A stretch of DNA of 64,000 bases from Nitrospirales bacterium (GCA_965203295.1 CBDBCZ010000019.1:2592001-2656000); one strand, 5' to 3'; shown: positions 31,204-41,967, numbered from the stretch's first letter. The notes: generated by a model not told the origin, from the sequence alone. Program-made: numbers and translations.

Positions 31204-31644
31204 ATGGAGAATATGAGCACCCAGGCAAGTATTACGCTTCGCTACCGTTTTTGTGCCTCACATCGGCTTCATGTCAAAGAGTTGTCGGACGATGTAAATC
31301 GAAAAATTTACGGGAAGTGCAACAATCTAAACGGTCATGGGCACGATTACACCGTCCTTGTCACTGTGAGTGGAGAGATGGATCCCCAAACAGGATTTGT
31401 GACGGACCTCGACACCCTTGACCGAATCGTGCATCAAAAAATCGTCGAACGATTTGATCACCAACATCTCAACTACGATCCAGCATTTCTTGATGTCGTA
31501 CCCACTGGGGAGAACCTGGCGCGATTTGTTTGGGATGAGCTCGTAGGACAAATCCACAAGGGATGCCTTGAAAAAATTGGGCTCATTGAAACTCGTGACA
31601 ATTATTTTGAGTATGTGGGTGATCATAGAGCAAAAATAGATTAA
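31204..31644 (+). CDS. 6-pyruvoyl-tetrahydropterin synthase family protein (C-X5-HGH motif)
   Basis: [34 protein letters not shown]. Confidence 0.9.
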   Translation: MENMSTQASITLRYRFCASHRLHVKELSDDVNRKIYGKCNNLNGHGHDYTVLVTVSGEMDPQTGFVTDLDTLDRIVHQKIVERFDHQHLNYDPAFLDVVPTGENLARFVWDELVGQIHKGCLEKIGLIETRDNYFEYVGDHRAKID

Positions 31645-31676
31645 GCCCTCTCTACTCTTATGATACACGTAAGGAA

Positions 31677-32342
31677 ATGAAAAAGTTGGCGTCAAGTCAG
31701 AAAAATGGTCGTTCGAGAACGGCGTTAGCAAAAAAGGGAAGGGTGAGTTCCAATCGAAAGTTCCCAATCCATCAAAATGGGACTGACTCCGAATTGGAGA
31801 AGACCATACACAAATTACTGGTTCAACTGGGTGAAGACTCCAAGCGGAGTGGACTCCTCAATACCCCAGAGCGAGTGGCCAAGGCTTTGAAGTTTTTCAC
31901 GAAGGGGCATTCCGAGGATATCCATGATCTCGTCAATGGAGCCTTATTTCCCATCGAGTACGACGAAATGGTCATTGTCAAAGACATCGATATTTTCAGT
32001 TTATGCGAACATCATCTGCTTCCGTTTTTTGGAAAATGTCACGTAGGATACATTCCCAATAAACAGGTAGTGGGGTTGAGCAAAATTCCCCGTATTGTGG
32101 AAGTCTTCAGCCGACGGCTCCAAGTTCAAGAGAGACTCACTGTTCAAATTGCCGAAACTCTTCAGAAAATTCTCAAACCCCACGGTGTGGGTGTTGTAAT
32201 GGAAGCTCGGCATCTGTGTATGATGATGCGGGGGGTCGAAAAACAAAACACCATGGCCGTGACAAGCGAAATGGTGGGGGTATTCAGAAATCAACAGCAG
32301 ACTCGTGAAGAATTCCTGAAGCTTATTGGATCCCATGGCTAG
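31677..32342 (+). CDS. folE: GTP cyclohydrolase I
   Basis: [42 protein letters not shown]. Confidence 0.97.
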   Translation: MKKLASSQKNGRSRTALAKKGRVSSNRKFPIHQNGTDSELEKTIHKLLVQLGEDSKRSGLLNTPERVAKALKFFTKGHSEDIHDLVNGALFPIEYDEMVIVKDIDIFSLCEHHLLPFFGKCHVGYIPNKQVVGLSKIPRIVEVFSRRLQVQERLTVQIAETLQKILKPHGVGVVMEARHLCMMMRGVEKQNTMAVTSEMVGVFRNQQQTREEFLKLIGSHG

Positions 32343-32423
32343 TCTTAAATTGTCATCAGTTTCGAATTAATCCTTCCTTTTCGCCCTATCTTCCGAAACG
32401 GCTGCATTCACAAGCTGAAGTCC

Positions 32424-33223
32424 CTACTTTTCAGTTTTCTGATTTTCCAGGAAAGACCGAAGGGCTTGGTTAAAAGCTTCAGGCTGTTCGATATTCGAGG
32501 CATGACCAGCATGGGGAATGATTTCCAGCCGTGCCCCGGGAATGTGCGCTGCCATGTCTTTGGCTTCAGCAGGAGGTGTAGGCACATCTTCTTGCCAGAC
32601 GATGACGAGCGTGGGACACCTGATGTCTTTCAACATATGAATGGAGTCTGGTCGGCTCGCCATGGCCATCAGATCGACGATAATTCCTGAGACCTGATTC
32701 TGTGCGATGATCCCTCTGAGGGTTTCCACAATATCGGCACAATTTGCCAGAGACTCAGGACTTAACAATTTGGGTAGCATGGCGTCAGCAAGAGCAGGAA
32801 GCCCTTCACGATAGGCGATCTGGGCCATAGCCATTCGTCCCTTTTTAATCTCTTCACTGTCGGCTTGGGCACGATATCGGCAAGCACCAGAGTCCTTACC
32901 AATTGGGGATACTTTCGATACAACGCAAACAAAATGTAGCCTCCCATGGAAAGCCCAACGAACGTGGCTTGTGCGATGGAAAGGTGTTCGAGAAGAGCCT
33001 TGATGTCATCGGCATACTGCTCCAGGGTAAAATTCCAGATCGGGGCATCCGATTCACCATGGCCTCGTAAATCCACCGTAATGACACGATGTGTAGACGA
33101 AAAGGCTTCAACCTGAGGGCCCCACATGTGTCGGTTAAGCGGAAACGCATGAACAAAGACAAGGGGATCGCCCTGGCCCTGATCAGAGTAGGCCAGATTC
33201 ATGTCGTGCACGTGAACCTTCAT
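32424..33223 (-). pseudogene. Alpha/beta hydrolase (PcaD-like), frameshifted
   Basis: HAFP, DLRGHGES, GLSMGG; 1-nt deletion near 32874 separates the AGH-containing C-terminal half. Confidence 0.88.
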
Positions 33224-33403
33224 TCTTTCCTCAAATGTCTGTGTGTCGTTTGTCGTGAAAGGGAAACCCTATCCTTAACCCATCAACTCAGAAAATGTTC
33301 CTTTCCTCCTGACTCTATTTGCAGGGTGGAATAGTCCCGTTATAGCATAGGAGAGAAGATTTGTAAGCGACGACTCTTTTCACGACAGAAAGGCTTGTTG
33401 CTG

Positions 33404-34735
33404 ATGTCAGCCAAAGACAACGATCAAGAGAACATCTTCCCTTTCTCAGACCATGCGGAACCCCCCGTCCTTCCATTGGCCGAACGGCTGCGACCCCAGG
33501 ATTTTTCAGATTTTGTTGGTCAGGAGGCGCTACTAGCTGAAGGCCTTCCACTGCGTTGCGCAATCGAAACAGACCACATTCCCTCCATGATTTTGTGGGG
33601 TCCACCCGGGTCTGGCAAGACGACATTAGCAAGAATTATTGCCCGAAAAACGAAGTGGGCTTTTATCCCGTTTTCAGCAGTCGTCAGCGGAGTTCCGGAA
33701 CTCCGTGCGGTCATCAAAGTGGCTCAACAGCGGCTCCAACTCAAGGGACACCGTACCCTTCTTTTTGTGGATGAAATTCATCGATTTAACAAGGCCCAAC
33801 AGGATGCCTTTCTTCCTTACGTGGAAAAAGGCGACATTACGCTCATCGGAGCCACCACCCAGAATCCTTCTTTTGAACTGATTGCTCCCTTGTTGTCCCG
33901 AGCTCGGGTCATCGTCCTGCAAGCACTCGATGAGGAAGCGCTGGGGAAAATACTCGATCGTGCGTTATCTGATCCAGATCGAGGGATTGGGAAGTTCCAC
34001 ATCAGCCTAGCCCCGGAAGCTCGCGAGTATCTCATCGGATACGGAAATGGTGATGCACGATCGATGCTCTCTGCCTTAGAGTTTGTCGTCACACAACTTT
34101 CGTCAGACCAGCAAGGCCCCACCAACATTCACCGGGAACAGCTGGAAACGACCCTTCAACAAAAATTCCTTCGGTATGACCGAAAGGGAGAAGAGCACTA
34201 TAACCTCATTTCGGCTTTCATTAAGAGTATGCGAGATTCTGGCGCTGATGGAGCCTTGTATTGGCTGGCTCGAATGCTGGAAGGCGGAGAGGACCCTAAA
34301 TTCATTGCACGCCGAATGGTTATTTTTGCCTCAGAAGATATTGGGAATGCACAACCAATGGCGATTAGTGTTGTGACGGCGATCTTTCAAGCGGTTGAAG
34401 TGGTCGGTCTTCCCGAAGCTCGAATCAACCTTGCCCAAGGTGCGACATTTTTAGCATCGTGTCCCAAATCCAATGCCTCCTATAAAGGATTGTCCGAAGC
34501 CTTGGCTGATGTCACAAAGTTTGGGAATTTGCCGGTCCCTTTCCATATGCGAAACAGTGTGACGTCCTTGATGAAAGACCTGGGTTATGGAAAGGGATAC
34601 CGATATGTGCATGACGATCCGAGCGCTCGAACGGAGCAAGAGCATCTGCCAGAGGAGTTGAAAGGAAAAGTCTATTACCGGCCAGAGGATTCCGATTCTT
34701 CGGATCGTCACGAGGGAGACGAAGAGGAATGGTAG
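33404..34735 (+). CDS. rarA: Replication-associated recombination protein A
   Basis: PLAERLRP, WGPPGSGKTT, VDEIHRFNKAQQD, ASEDIG, PKSNA. Confidence 0.96.
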   Translation: MSAKDNDQENIFPFSDHAEPPVLPLAERLRPQDFSDFVGQEALLAEGLPLRCAIETDHIPSMILWGPPGSGKTTLARIIARKTKWAFIPFSAVVSGVPELRAVIKVAQQRLQLKGHRTLLFVDEIHRFNKAQQDAFLPYVEKGDITLIGATTQNPSFELIAPLLSRARVIVLQALDEEALGKILDRALSDPDRGIGKFHISLAPEAREYLIGYGNGDARSMLSALEFVVTQLSSDQQGPTNIHREQLETTLQQKFLRYDRKGEEHYNLISAFIKSMRDSGADGALYWLARMLEGGEDPKFIARRMVIFASEDIGNAQPMAISVVTAIFQAVEVVGLPEARINLAQGATFLASCPKSNASYKGLSEALADVTKFGNLPVPFHMRNSVTSLMKDLGYGKGYRYVHDDPSARTEQEHLPEELKGKVYYRPEDSDSSDRHEGDEEEW

Positions 34736-34754
34736 GACAGAGAGAACGTGTCGA

Positions 34755-36606
34755 CTAGGATGAGGCTAGTGAGAGTTGTTGCTTGGACTCCTCCAGTTGG
34801 CTTGACAGTTCAGACCAACGGTGCGTGAGAAGATCCAAATTTTTTCCATTGCTGTTGCTCTTCGAACAATGACGTCCATCGGGAGAAATCTTGATACAGA
34901 GCTGGATCAGCCAGCTCCTCCCCGCGTTTGCTCATGGTGTGGTGTCTTCCAGTTCAGCAATTTCGTCCTCTATATCGCTTCACTTGCTTTTCTAGCCGTG
35001 CGACAGATTTCGAAATATCTCGCCGTGACGCTTTTTGCTCTCGGGGTGGAGATGCCTGAGCCTTAGGATTAGGGATGCTGGAGGGTTTCTCTTTCTTGGA
35101 AGAATTGGTCGTCTTGCCGTCAGTAACCTTTGAGATTTCCAATTCCTGGGTGCGTTTCCATAAATAATATTCATAGTCGCCAAAGTAATCGCGAACCTGA
35201 CCGTCTTCGATTTCCACCACCCGTGTGGCAATACGGATCAAAAAGGTGGGATCGTGAGAAATGAACACGATCGTCCCAGGGAAATCCGTGAGGGCATCAG
35301 TCAAAACGTCAACGGAAGGTGGATCCAGATGATTTGTGGGCTCATCGAGAAGAAGGGTGTTGGCTGGTTCGACCAACATACGGGCAAGGGCCACCAGGTT
35401 GCGTTCACCACCGCTCAAGGCTTTGATGGGTTTTTTCTGATCAGGACCAGAAAACAAAAACGTTCCGGCCGTTCCCCGTAAATAATTCATGTCGGTCTGA
35501 GGAGCGGCTTCAGCAAGAGATTCTAGAATGGTGTGCTCTGGATTCAATTGTTCGGCTTGATGTTGGGCGAAATAATGAAGTGTGACTCCGTGTCCTTCCA
35601 CTCTTCTTCCTTTATCATGGTCCAGGACGCCCGCGAGAATTTTGAGAAGTGTACTTTTCCCTGCCCCGTTTTCTCCCACGAGGGCCACCCGTTGGCCGCG
35701 TTCTAAAGAAAAGTTTAAGTTTTCATACACCACCTTATGCCCATAGGATTTGGTCATGTCGTGAAGATCCAAGACTCGTCTTCCACTGGGGGTCGGCTCG
35801 GGAAACTTAAACCGCAGTCGCTTGGTATCTCGCTTGATTTCAATGAGTTTGATTTTTTCTATTTGTTTGACGCGCGATTGGACCTGGCGGGCCTTCGTGG
35901 CTTGATACCGAAACCGGTCGACAAACTTTTGGACCCGGCCCACTTCTTTAGCTTGGCGCTCGGCAGTGGCCGTGAGTTGGGCATCACGCTGGGCTCGTTG
36001 TTTCTGAAACTGGCTGTAATTTCCCCGATATCCTTGAATCTGGTAATTTCGAATTTCCCAAATGTGGGTCGCCATGCGATTCAAGAACCGCGTATCATGG
36101 CTAATAATCAGCATGGTCATCTTCGAAGATAATAAAAAGCTTTCCAGCCAGACTTGCGTGTGCTTATCCAGATGGTTCGTCGGCTCATCGAGCATAAGCA
36201 CATCTGGATGGGAGAGGAGGAGGTGACCAAGGGCTGCCCGCATGCGGTACCCACCCGAAAAGGTAGCCAATTTTTTATCCCAGTCAGTTTCGGAAAAACC
36301 GAGCCCTGAAAGAATGCGTTTCGCCTCATATTCAGGATATTGCTCTCGATGGGCGGCTTCAATAACCGTCATCTCTGGTGACATGTCGAGTTCTTGAGGG
36401 AGATACCCGATTCGTAACCAGGGACGCTGACGAATAGTTCCGCTTTCCGAAGTGTCTTCACCGATGATCATCCGCAGAAGAGTGGTTTTACCAGTTCCAT
36501 TACGGCCAACTAACCCTACTCGCGAGTCGGGACGAAGGTGAGCCGAAGCTCCGGAAAACAGGATTTTTGTGGGATATTGCTTCGTGATCTCTTCAATATG
36601 GACCAT
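34755..36606 (-). CDS. ABC-F family ATPase (Uup/YheS-like) with C-terminal coiled-coil domain broken by frameshifts
   Basis: Two ABC domains (GRNGTGKT/DEPTNHLD; GENGAGKS/DEPTNHLD) open to 34954; the tail LADPALYQD...RWSELS continues out of frame to TAG at 34755. Confidence 0.88.
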
Positions 36607-36720
36607 GTGTTACATGTCCCTGTCGCTCATCATTATGTGGGTCGTGCAAAGCTGGAAAATTGCGTGAAAATTACCGTCAGGAGGGAAAGTAGCTTAAGGT
36701 GTTACAGAGAAAGACTGTTT

Positions 36721-36796
36721 TGGTGGAGCTGGCCGGGATTGAACCGGCGACCTCGTGAATGCCATTCACGCGCGCTCCCAACTGCGCCACAGCCCC
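36721..36796 (-). tRNA. tRNA-Ala(GGC)
   Basis: Cloverleaf, G3-U70, anticodon arm CGTGA-ATGGCAT-TCACG, CCA end. Confidence 0.95.
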
Positions 36797-37027
36797 ACTC
36801 AAAATTGAACTGTCTTCAAGGTTATTGCTAAAAGGAATTATCACCGATCGGCCAAAATAGACTTGAGATGCAGGATGCTAGCATGCGCCCTACCCTGCGT
36901 CAAGAATGTGACGAAGACTTGGTCCGTTGAACTCAACATTTTTCTTGATCTCGACGAGATAATGAGAATATGGAAGGTCAAATGAGAAACCAGGAATGCC
37001 TTTTGCTGGTGAAAGGATAAACGAATA

Positions 37028-38440
37028 ATGAATGACGTTCGTGTACGTTTTGCCCCCAGTCCAACGGGGTACCTTCATATCGGTGGAGTTCGCACCGCCT
37101 TGTTCAATTGGTTATTTGCGCGCCACGAAGGGGGAACCTTTATCTTAAGGATCGAGGACACTGATCGGGAGCGGTCCACAGAAGAAGCCATTGAAATCAT
37201 TCAAACCGGTCTAAAGTGGGTCGGGTTAGACTGGGACGAGGGTCCCTTCCGACAAACTGACCGATTAGACTTGTATCGGAAGAAAGCCATGGAATTATTG
37301 GACCATGGCCATGCCTATTGGTGTATTTGCACACCAGAGGAGTTAGAAGCCCGTCGGAAAGAGGCCCAAGCGAAAGGGGAAAACCTCAAATATAATGGGC
37401 GATGTCGGGAACGAGGCATCACCTCCACCACCCAACCAGCCGCCCTTCGGTTCAAATCATCTCAGGAAGGCCAGACGATCGTTGATGATCTGATCAAAAG
37501 ACAGATCACATTCGAGAATGATGTCATGGATGATTTGATCATTCTACGGTCAAACGGCTACCCCACGTATAACTTTTCCGTCGTGATCGATGATGCGTTG
37601 ATGAAGATTACTCATGTCATACGTGGTGATGATCATGTCAACAACACCCCTCGTCAAATTTCGCTTTTTCAAGCCATGGGCTATCCAGTTCCCAAGTTCG
37701 CCCATTTGCCCATGATTCTCGGCGCTGATAAAACTCGGCTATCCAAAAGACATGGAGCCATCTCTATTCTCGCCTACCAAGAGATGGGCTATCTGCCAGA
37801 AGCCTTGATGAACTATCTTGTGCGATTGGGGTGGTCTTTTGGCGATCAAGAAATTTTCTCGATGTTCGAGATGATTGAAAAATTCTCGTTTGATAACGTC
37901 CAACAATCTGCAGCCGTATTTAGTCCTGACAAACTTCTCTGGTTGAATAGCGAGTACATGAAACAGACCCCTCCCCAGCGAGTCGCAGCTTTATTGATCC
38001 CATTTTTAGAAAAGGCCGGATACAGCCCTTCAGGAAACATGCAGCCTGAAGGCGGAGTGGAAGCCTTAATCCCTCCCCTTTGTGAACGGGCCCGCACCCT
38101 CGTGGAAATGGTCGACTGGAGTCTTCCGTACATGACAGAACCCGTTCAAATGAATGAATCTGCCGCGAAGAAGTTTCTTACAATAGAGATTGCTCCAAGC
38201 CTCAAGAAATTTGCCGACGGTCTGCTTGGACTTGAAATCTTCTCAAAAGAAACTCTAGGACCTTTGTTTCATCATGTCCTTGAGGAGAGTGGGTTGAAAA
38301 TGGGGAAACTTGCCCAACCCCTTCGCGTGGCGCTCACAGGATGCACAGCGAGCCCTGGAATTTTTGAAGTCATGGAATTGCTCGGTCGGGATCGTACTCT
38401 GCAGCGAATTCAACAAGCCATTCAGAAAATTGAAGCCTAA
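37028..38440 (+). CDS. gltX: Glutamyl-tRNA synthetase
   Basis: RFAPSPTGYLHIGG, RIEDTD, IRGDDH, RLSKRH. Confidence 0.97.
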   Translation: MNDVRVRFAPSPTGYLHIGGVRTALFNWLFARHEGGTFILRIEDTDRERSTEEAIEIIQTGLKWVGLDWDEGPFRQTDRLDLYRKKAMELLDHGHAYWCICTPEELEARRKEAQAKGENLKYNGRCRERGITSTTQPAALRFKSSQEGQTIVDDLIKRQITFENDVMDDLIILRSNGYPTYNFSVVIDDALMKITHVIRGDDHVNNTPRQISLFQAMGYPVPKFAHLPMILGADKTRLSKRHGAISILAYQEMGYLPEALMNYLVRLGWSFGDQEIFSMFEMIEKFSFDNVQQSAAVFSPDKLLWLNSEYMKQTPPQRVAALLIPFLEKAGYSPSGNMQPEGGVEALIPPLCERARTLVEMVDWSLPYMTEPVQMNESAAKKFLTIEIAPSLKKFADGLLGLEIFSKETLGPLFHHVLEESGLKMGKLAQPLRVALTGCTASPGIFEVMELLGRDRTLQRIQQAIQKIEA

Positions 38441-38486
38441 CTCGGCCGTATATCTTTTTCCCTTATCCCATGTCAGAGCCTTACCC

Positions 38487-38515
38487 TTGACTGAACGTAA
38501 ACTCTCAATTATGCT
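38487..38515 (+). promoter_or_regulatory. Putative sigma70 promoter of the tRNA-Gln locus
   Basis: TTGACT-17 nt-TATGCT. Confidence 0.6.
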
Positions 38516-38527
38516 GACAAATAGGCT

Positions 38528-38600
38528 TGGTGGATCGTCTAGTGGTAGGATGTCAACTCTGGATCTGGCTACCCAGTTTCGAATCCTGGTCCCCCAGCCA
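38528..38600 (+). pseudogene. Degenerate tRNA-Gln(CTG)
   Basis: tRNA-Gln scaffold with CTG anticodon and GCCA end, but acceptor-stem mismatch, shortened anticodon stem and T-stem mismatch. Confidence 0.8.
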
Positions 38601-38652
38601 TTCTTTTTCTTCAAGGACTTCAGTGGCTTCTAGGGATTCCTTCTCTGGTCCT

Positions 38653-38680
38653 TCTGTCTCTCTGTCTCTCTGTCTCTCTG
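38653..38680. repeat. Tandem repeat (TCTGTCTC)x3.5
   Basis: Read directly from the sequence. Confidence 0.85.
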
Positions 38681-38891
38681 CTGATTCCACTCCCAACTTT
38701 ACGAAATCTGCGAGAATGTCCGGCGTGGAATGGCGTGGTTCTTTTCTCGCAGTTTCTGAAGAAGGGTCGAGCTACCAGCCCAACGCCATTGACTCCTCCG
38801 TAAGGGCTGTCTAGCCTTACCACAACCACAGCGACTTTTGAGAAATTGGTTTTGAGAAGAGACTTGTAAAATGTGACGTGGATTACGGCAA

Positions 38892-39332
38892 GTGATGAGA
38901 AACGTCTATCTCACGAGACTAGTGAGCTTAACCTTCATACTGATGCTGTGGAGTGTTTCTCATGCCCAAGCTGAAGAAGTGCCTACGCCTCCCAGTACTG
39001 TCGTTCGTCAATGGCTTCATTCCTATCCACATGATCTTGCCCAAGTGGTGACCCTCACCAGTTCCGACTTCAGAGAAAACTTGCCTCAATCTGACTGGAT
39101 CAACCAGAAGCAATACCTTCTCAACCCTATGCAATTTAGGTATGTCGAGAGTCAAATTCTAAGAGAAGAAATTAACGGAAATCGTGCATTGATCGAGGTG
39201 AAAGTTTGGATTTCCACTGTCGTTGGGGAGCAGATTCAACGTGAACAATATGACTTACGTCGTTACTGTTCAGTGTGGTTACTAGAAAAGGTCAGTGTCC
39301 GCGAAGAACGGTTTTTAGGACAGACGATGTAA
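38892..39332 (+). CDS. Exported hypothetical protein (possibly NTF2-like fold)
   Basis: Signal peptide ending AQA; P..VVRQW and E.I.GNRA...V patterns. Confidence 0.6.
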   Translation: MMRNVYLTRLVSLTFILMLWSVSHAQAEEVPTPPSTVVRQWLHSYPHDLAQVVTLTSSDFRENLPQSDWINQKQYLLNPMQFRYVESQILREEINGNRALIEVKVWISTVVGEQIQREQYDLRRYCSVWLLEKVSVREERFLGQTM

Positions 39333-39405
39333 AGATGGTGGAGCTACAAGGATTAGATTCTCAGGAGGGGTGGCTTAGGTGGAGAGGATGATCTCAGGAA
39401 TCATC

Positions 39406-39794
39406 CTACCAAGCTGTCAGGACCGGATATTGAGTGATGAGGGGATCTGGTGTGAGTAGCGTGAATTGATGCTGGATCGCCTGACAAACAAGAATCCGAT
39501 CAAAGGGATCTTTATGAAACGGCGGCAGTTTATGCAGATACAATGCGGCCTGCTCTTCAAGGGCAATAGCTGTAATACGATGGCGTTCCCGCTGGGCCGG
39601 AACAAAGCGCTCAGGTGTTTCTGGCAGTGGTAAACTGCCTAAAACATATTTGACTGACATTTCCCATGCCGACACTGCGCTTAGATAGATTTCGTTGCCT
39701 GGATCCACAAAGAGATTTCTGGCGGACACCGAGAGGTCATCAGAGTCCGTAATAAGCCAAAAAGGAATGTGCAGGTGTCCAGGAGGATTCTCAT
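39406..39794 (-). pseudogene. vapC: VapC/PIN toxin, frameshifted
   Basis: MRILLDT start overlapping the antitoxin stop; T5 run (+2) at ~39759-39763; SAVSAWE and HKDPFDR motifs downstream. Confidence 0.88.
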
Positions 39795-40036
39795 CGGCCT
39801 TCGCCGTGGAAGGCCTGAATCAGCTCTTCAGAGAGGGGTTCAAAAAACTTTTTGGGGATTTTCAGCCGTCCCTTTGCAAGGCCGAGCGGTCGCTTACGAG
39901 TCGGGGGAGACGGCAAAGGACGAATCTCCGCAATAGGTTCATTGCGCTTGCAGAGAATAATTGTCTCTCCCCTCTTGAGCTTAACCAAGTACCGAGAGAG
40001 ATGCGTTTTCGCCTCGTGAATATTCAGCTTAAACAT
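39791..40036 (-). CDS. vapB: Phd/YefM-family antitoxin
   Basis: NIHEAKTHLSRY...V.RGE.I.L.KRNEPIA...RPLG motif. Confidence 0.9.
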   Translation of the reverse strand: MFKLNIHEAKTHLSRYLVKLKRGETIILCKRNEPIAEIRPLPSPPTRKRPLGLAKGRLKIPKKFFEPLSEELIQAFHGEGR

Positions 40037-40042
40037 GACTAT

Positions 40043-40071
40043 ACTCTAGACTAACTAATAAACTAAGTCAA
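40043..40071 (-). promoter_or_regulatory. vapBC promoter (likely leaderless) with operator-like imperfect palindrome
   Basis: Minus strand TTGACT-17 nt-TAGAGT-6 nt-ATG; GACT...AGTC symmetry over the spacer. Confidence 0.55.
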
Positions 40072-40291
40072 CAAAATCTGTTGCCAGATAGCGATAATTA
40101 CAACTGTTAACTGAAAAATGCGAGACATAATCACCATTCCACTACACCACTCGGTGACAGCGATCTCGGCATCATCACAGAATACCTATACAACTCTCAA
40201 CAGAATCTCCAGGACGTGGGCTTCCGTCCATTCCAGAACGATCTTTTCCCGGCACTACGCTGGTCACGCAATAACCTTGGGGATGGGGAAC

Positions 40292-40950
40292 TTAGGGTTG
40301 CGCTTGCTGCAATTTGATAATCCGAGCCAGCACTTTTTTGCGAGCAATTCGGTAGGCAGGGGCACGTTCAGTCATTGAGAGAAACTTGCGGTAATATTCA
40401 ATCGCTAACACGGTATTTCCCTGTGTTTCGAAAGAGTATGCAAGGTTTGAGGGGAACTTCAGGAAGATCGGGGGCCAAGATTTCTGCTTGTCGCAGGGCT
40501 TCAATGGCTTCCCAATATCGTCCACGCTGCTGCCCAACAAGCGCCCGTTGTACCCACAGATGCGACACGGTTCCGTTGCGGGCCAGCCACGACATTGAGA
40601 TTATTGGCCAGAGCAAAGAGAACCAATGCATCTGGCAATGACATGTCTTGGGCTCGAAACGTAAAGTGCTGTCCAGAAGTAGATTGTCTATCCCCCTTGC
40701 CATTCGAAATCGAAACCAACATCCGGTCTTCCAATGAGAAAGGGGCAAGTTGAGAAGAAGGCTGGAGGTGAGGAAGAGTGGAAGGAAGATTGCTTTCGAC
40801 AATAAATTCTAAGCGAAGGGAAGCTTGTGTTTCCTCAGGAGGTTTCGTGATGGACGGAGGAGAGGTGACAGTTGTGCATCCCAAAAACAGGAGAAGGTGC
40901 ACTACGCTCAAAGACCAGAATGTCCAGTACAGAAATTTCCAGGTTCTCAC
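40292..40950 (-). pseudogene. Deletion chimera of a secretin-like lipoprotein N-terminus (MshL/GspD-like) and a TPR protein C-terminus
   Basis: Lipobox FLGC, then FTFRAQDMSLPDALVLFA...LNVV; then in other frames GRYWEAIEALRQA..LAP / NLAYSFE.QGN...AIEYYRKFL. Confidence 0.6.
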
Positions 40951-41391
40951 AATGTATCAACCTTTTCCATTTGTACACTGATGAACTTGCAATCTCGCGT
41001 CTCTGAAAAGAGCCATACACATGGGAACGACTAGAATGAAGCAATTTACATACCAGCAATTCTTTGATGATCGTGATCCAAAAAATATCTGTAGAACCTA
41101 ATAGAATTCGAAGAGTTTTAAAGTGGGGGAATCTTATGAGGCTTTTATATTGTGAGAACAAATGTATCCAATTGGATATATCACGAGTATCCAAAAAGGT
41201 GAAATCTTAATTGGAAACGGAAAAAATCACTATCCGATGGGAGCAGACTTGAAGTCTAATGAGAAAGGCAGTGTATGCATGCTGAAGAAAGAATGCATGG
41301 AGTCGGAGCGACTATTTCAGTAAATGACCACGTCTAACTGCTCGAAGTGTCGGAAATAAAGCATTTACGGACCTGGAGAAAAGAGGAAAAT

Positions 41392-41414
41392 TGGTGACAA
41401 AGGCGGGACTCCAA
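41392..41414 (-). repeat. Degenerate copy of the tRNA-Leu 3' end (att-like)
   Basis: TGGTGACAAAGGCGGGACTCCAA versus TGGTGCCGAAGGCGGGACTCGAA at 43382-43404 (20/23). Confidence 0.7.
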
Positions 41415-41492
41415 TAAGGTAATTGAAACCATTATTGTGGTGTAGAAAAAGTCGGAAGTTATTATTTAATAACATCCCTAGGATTTGGATAT

Positions 41493-41966
41493 CTACAGAT
41501 GCTGACGTATCGCTTCCAGAATCTGATGTGACCGGACTTCATCCCCAAGATATCCTACCCGAATAGAGATCTTGGACTTAGACGTCGTGAGAGATTCAAT
41601 ATGAATCCACACGTCTTTGTCATCTGCCGTTTTGGATTCAATTGTCGCAGATAGTTTGTCTCCCTGGTCTTTAGTCACTGGCATTTCAAGATCCTTCAAC
41701 GCGGCCACAGTAGCCTCTTCCAACTTTTCTGGAGATGCTTTGATCTCCTCCTCTAGCTTTCCCATCACATAAACCGCTCCACCAGCCCCTGCGCCAGCAC
41801 CCACAACCAACAAACAACCTGAAGACCCAAGAATCAACAACACCAAGGCTAAATTCAGTATAAATGAAAACTGTTTTCTTGTATTTACCACTATGTAGCC
41901 CTCCAATGCTTCACTTAAAAGATTGTCATAGTCATGTTTATGCTGGAATATCCTCCTCCCATCCAA
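41493..41966 (-). CDS. DUF3568-family lipoprotein
   Basis: Lipobox SSGC, GAGAGAGGAVYV.GKL, SKISIRVG..GD...S; true start probably further downstream. Confidence 0.8.
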   Translation of the reverse strand: MDGRRIFQHKHDYDNLLSEALEGYIVVNTRKQFSFILNLALVLLILGSSGCLLVVGAGAGAGGAVYVMGKLEEEIKASPEKLEEATVAALKDLEMPVTKDQGDKLSATIESKTADDKDVWIHIESLTTSKSKISIRVGYLGDEVRSHQILEAIRQHL

Positions 41967-41967
41967 G

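Noticed and set aside
36750..36770. Unusual A32/U38 anticodon loop in tRNA-Ala(GGC)
   Set aside because: This is the normal feature of that isoacceptor
39336..39355. TGGTGGAGCT match to the tRNA-Ala 3' end as an att site
   Set aside because: Only 10 nt are identical, it lies upstream of the tRNA-Ala gene, and the interval would include core gltX
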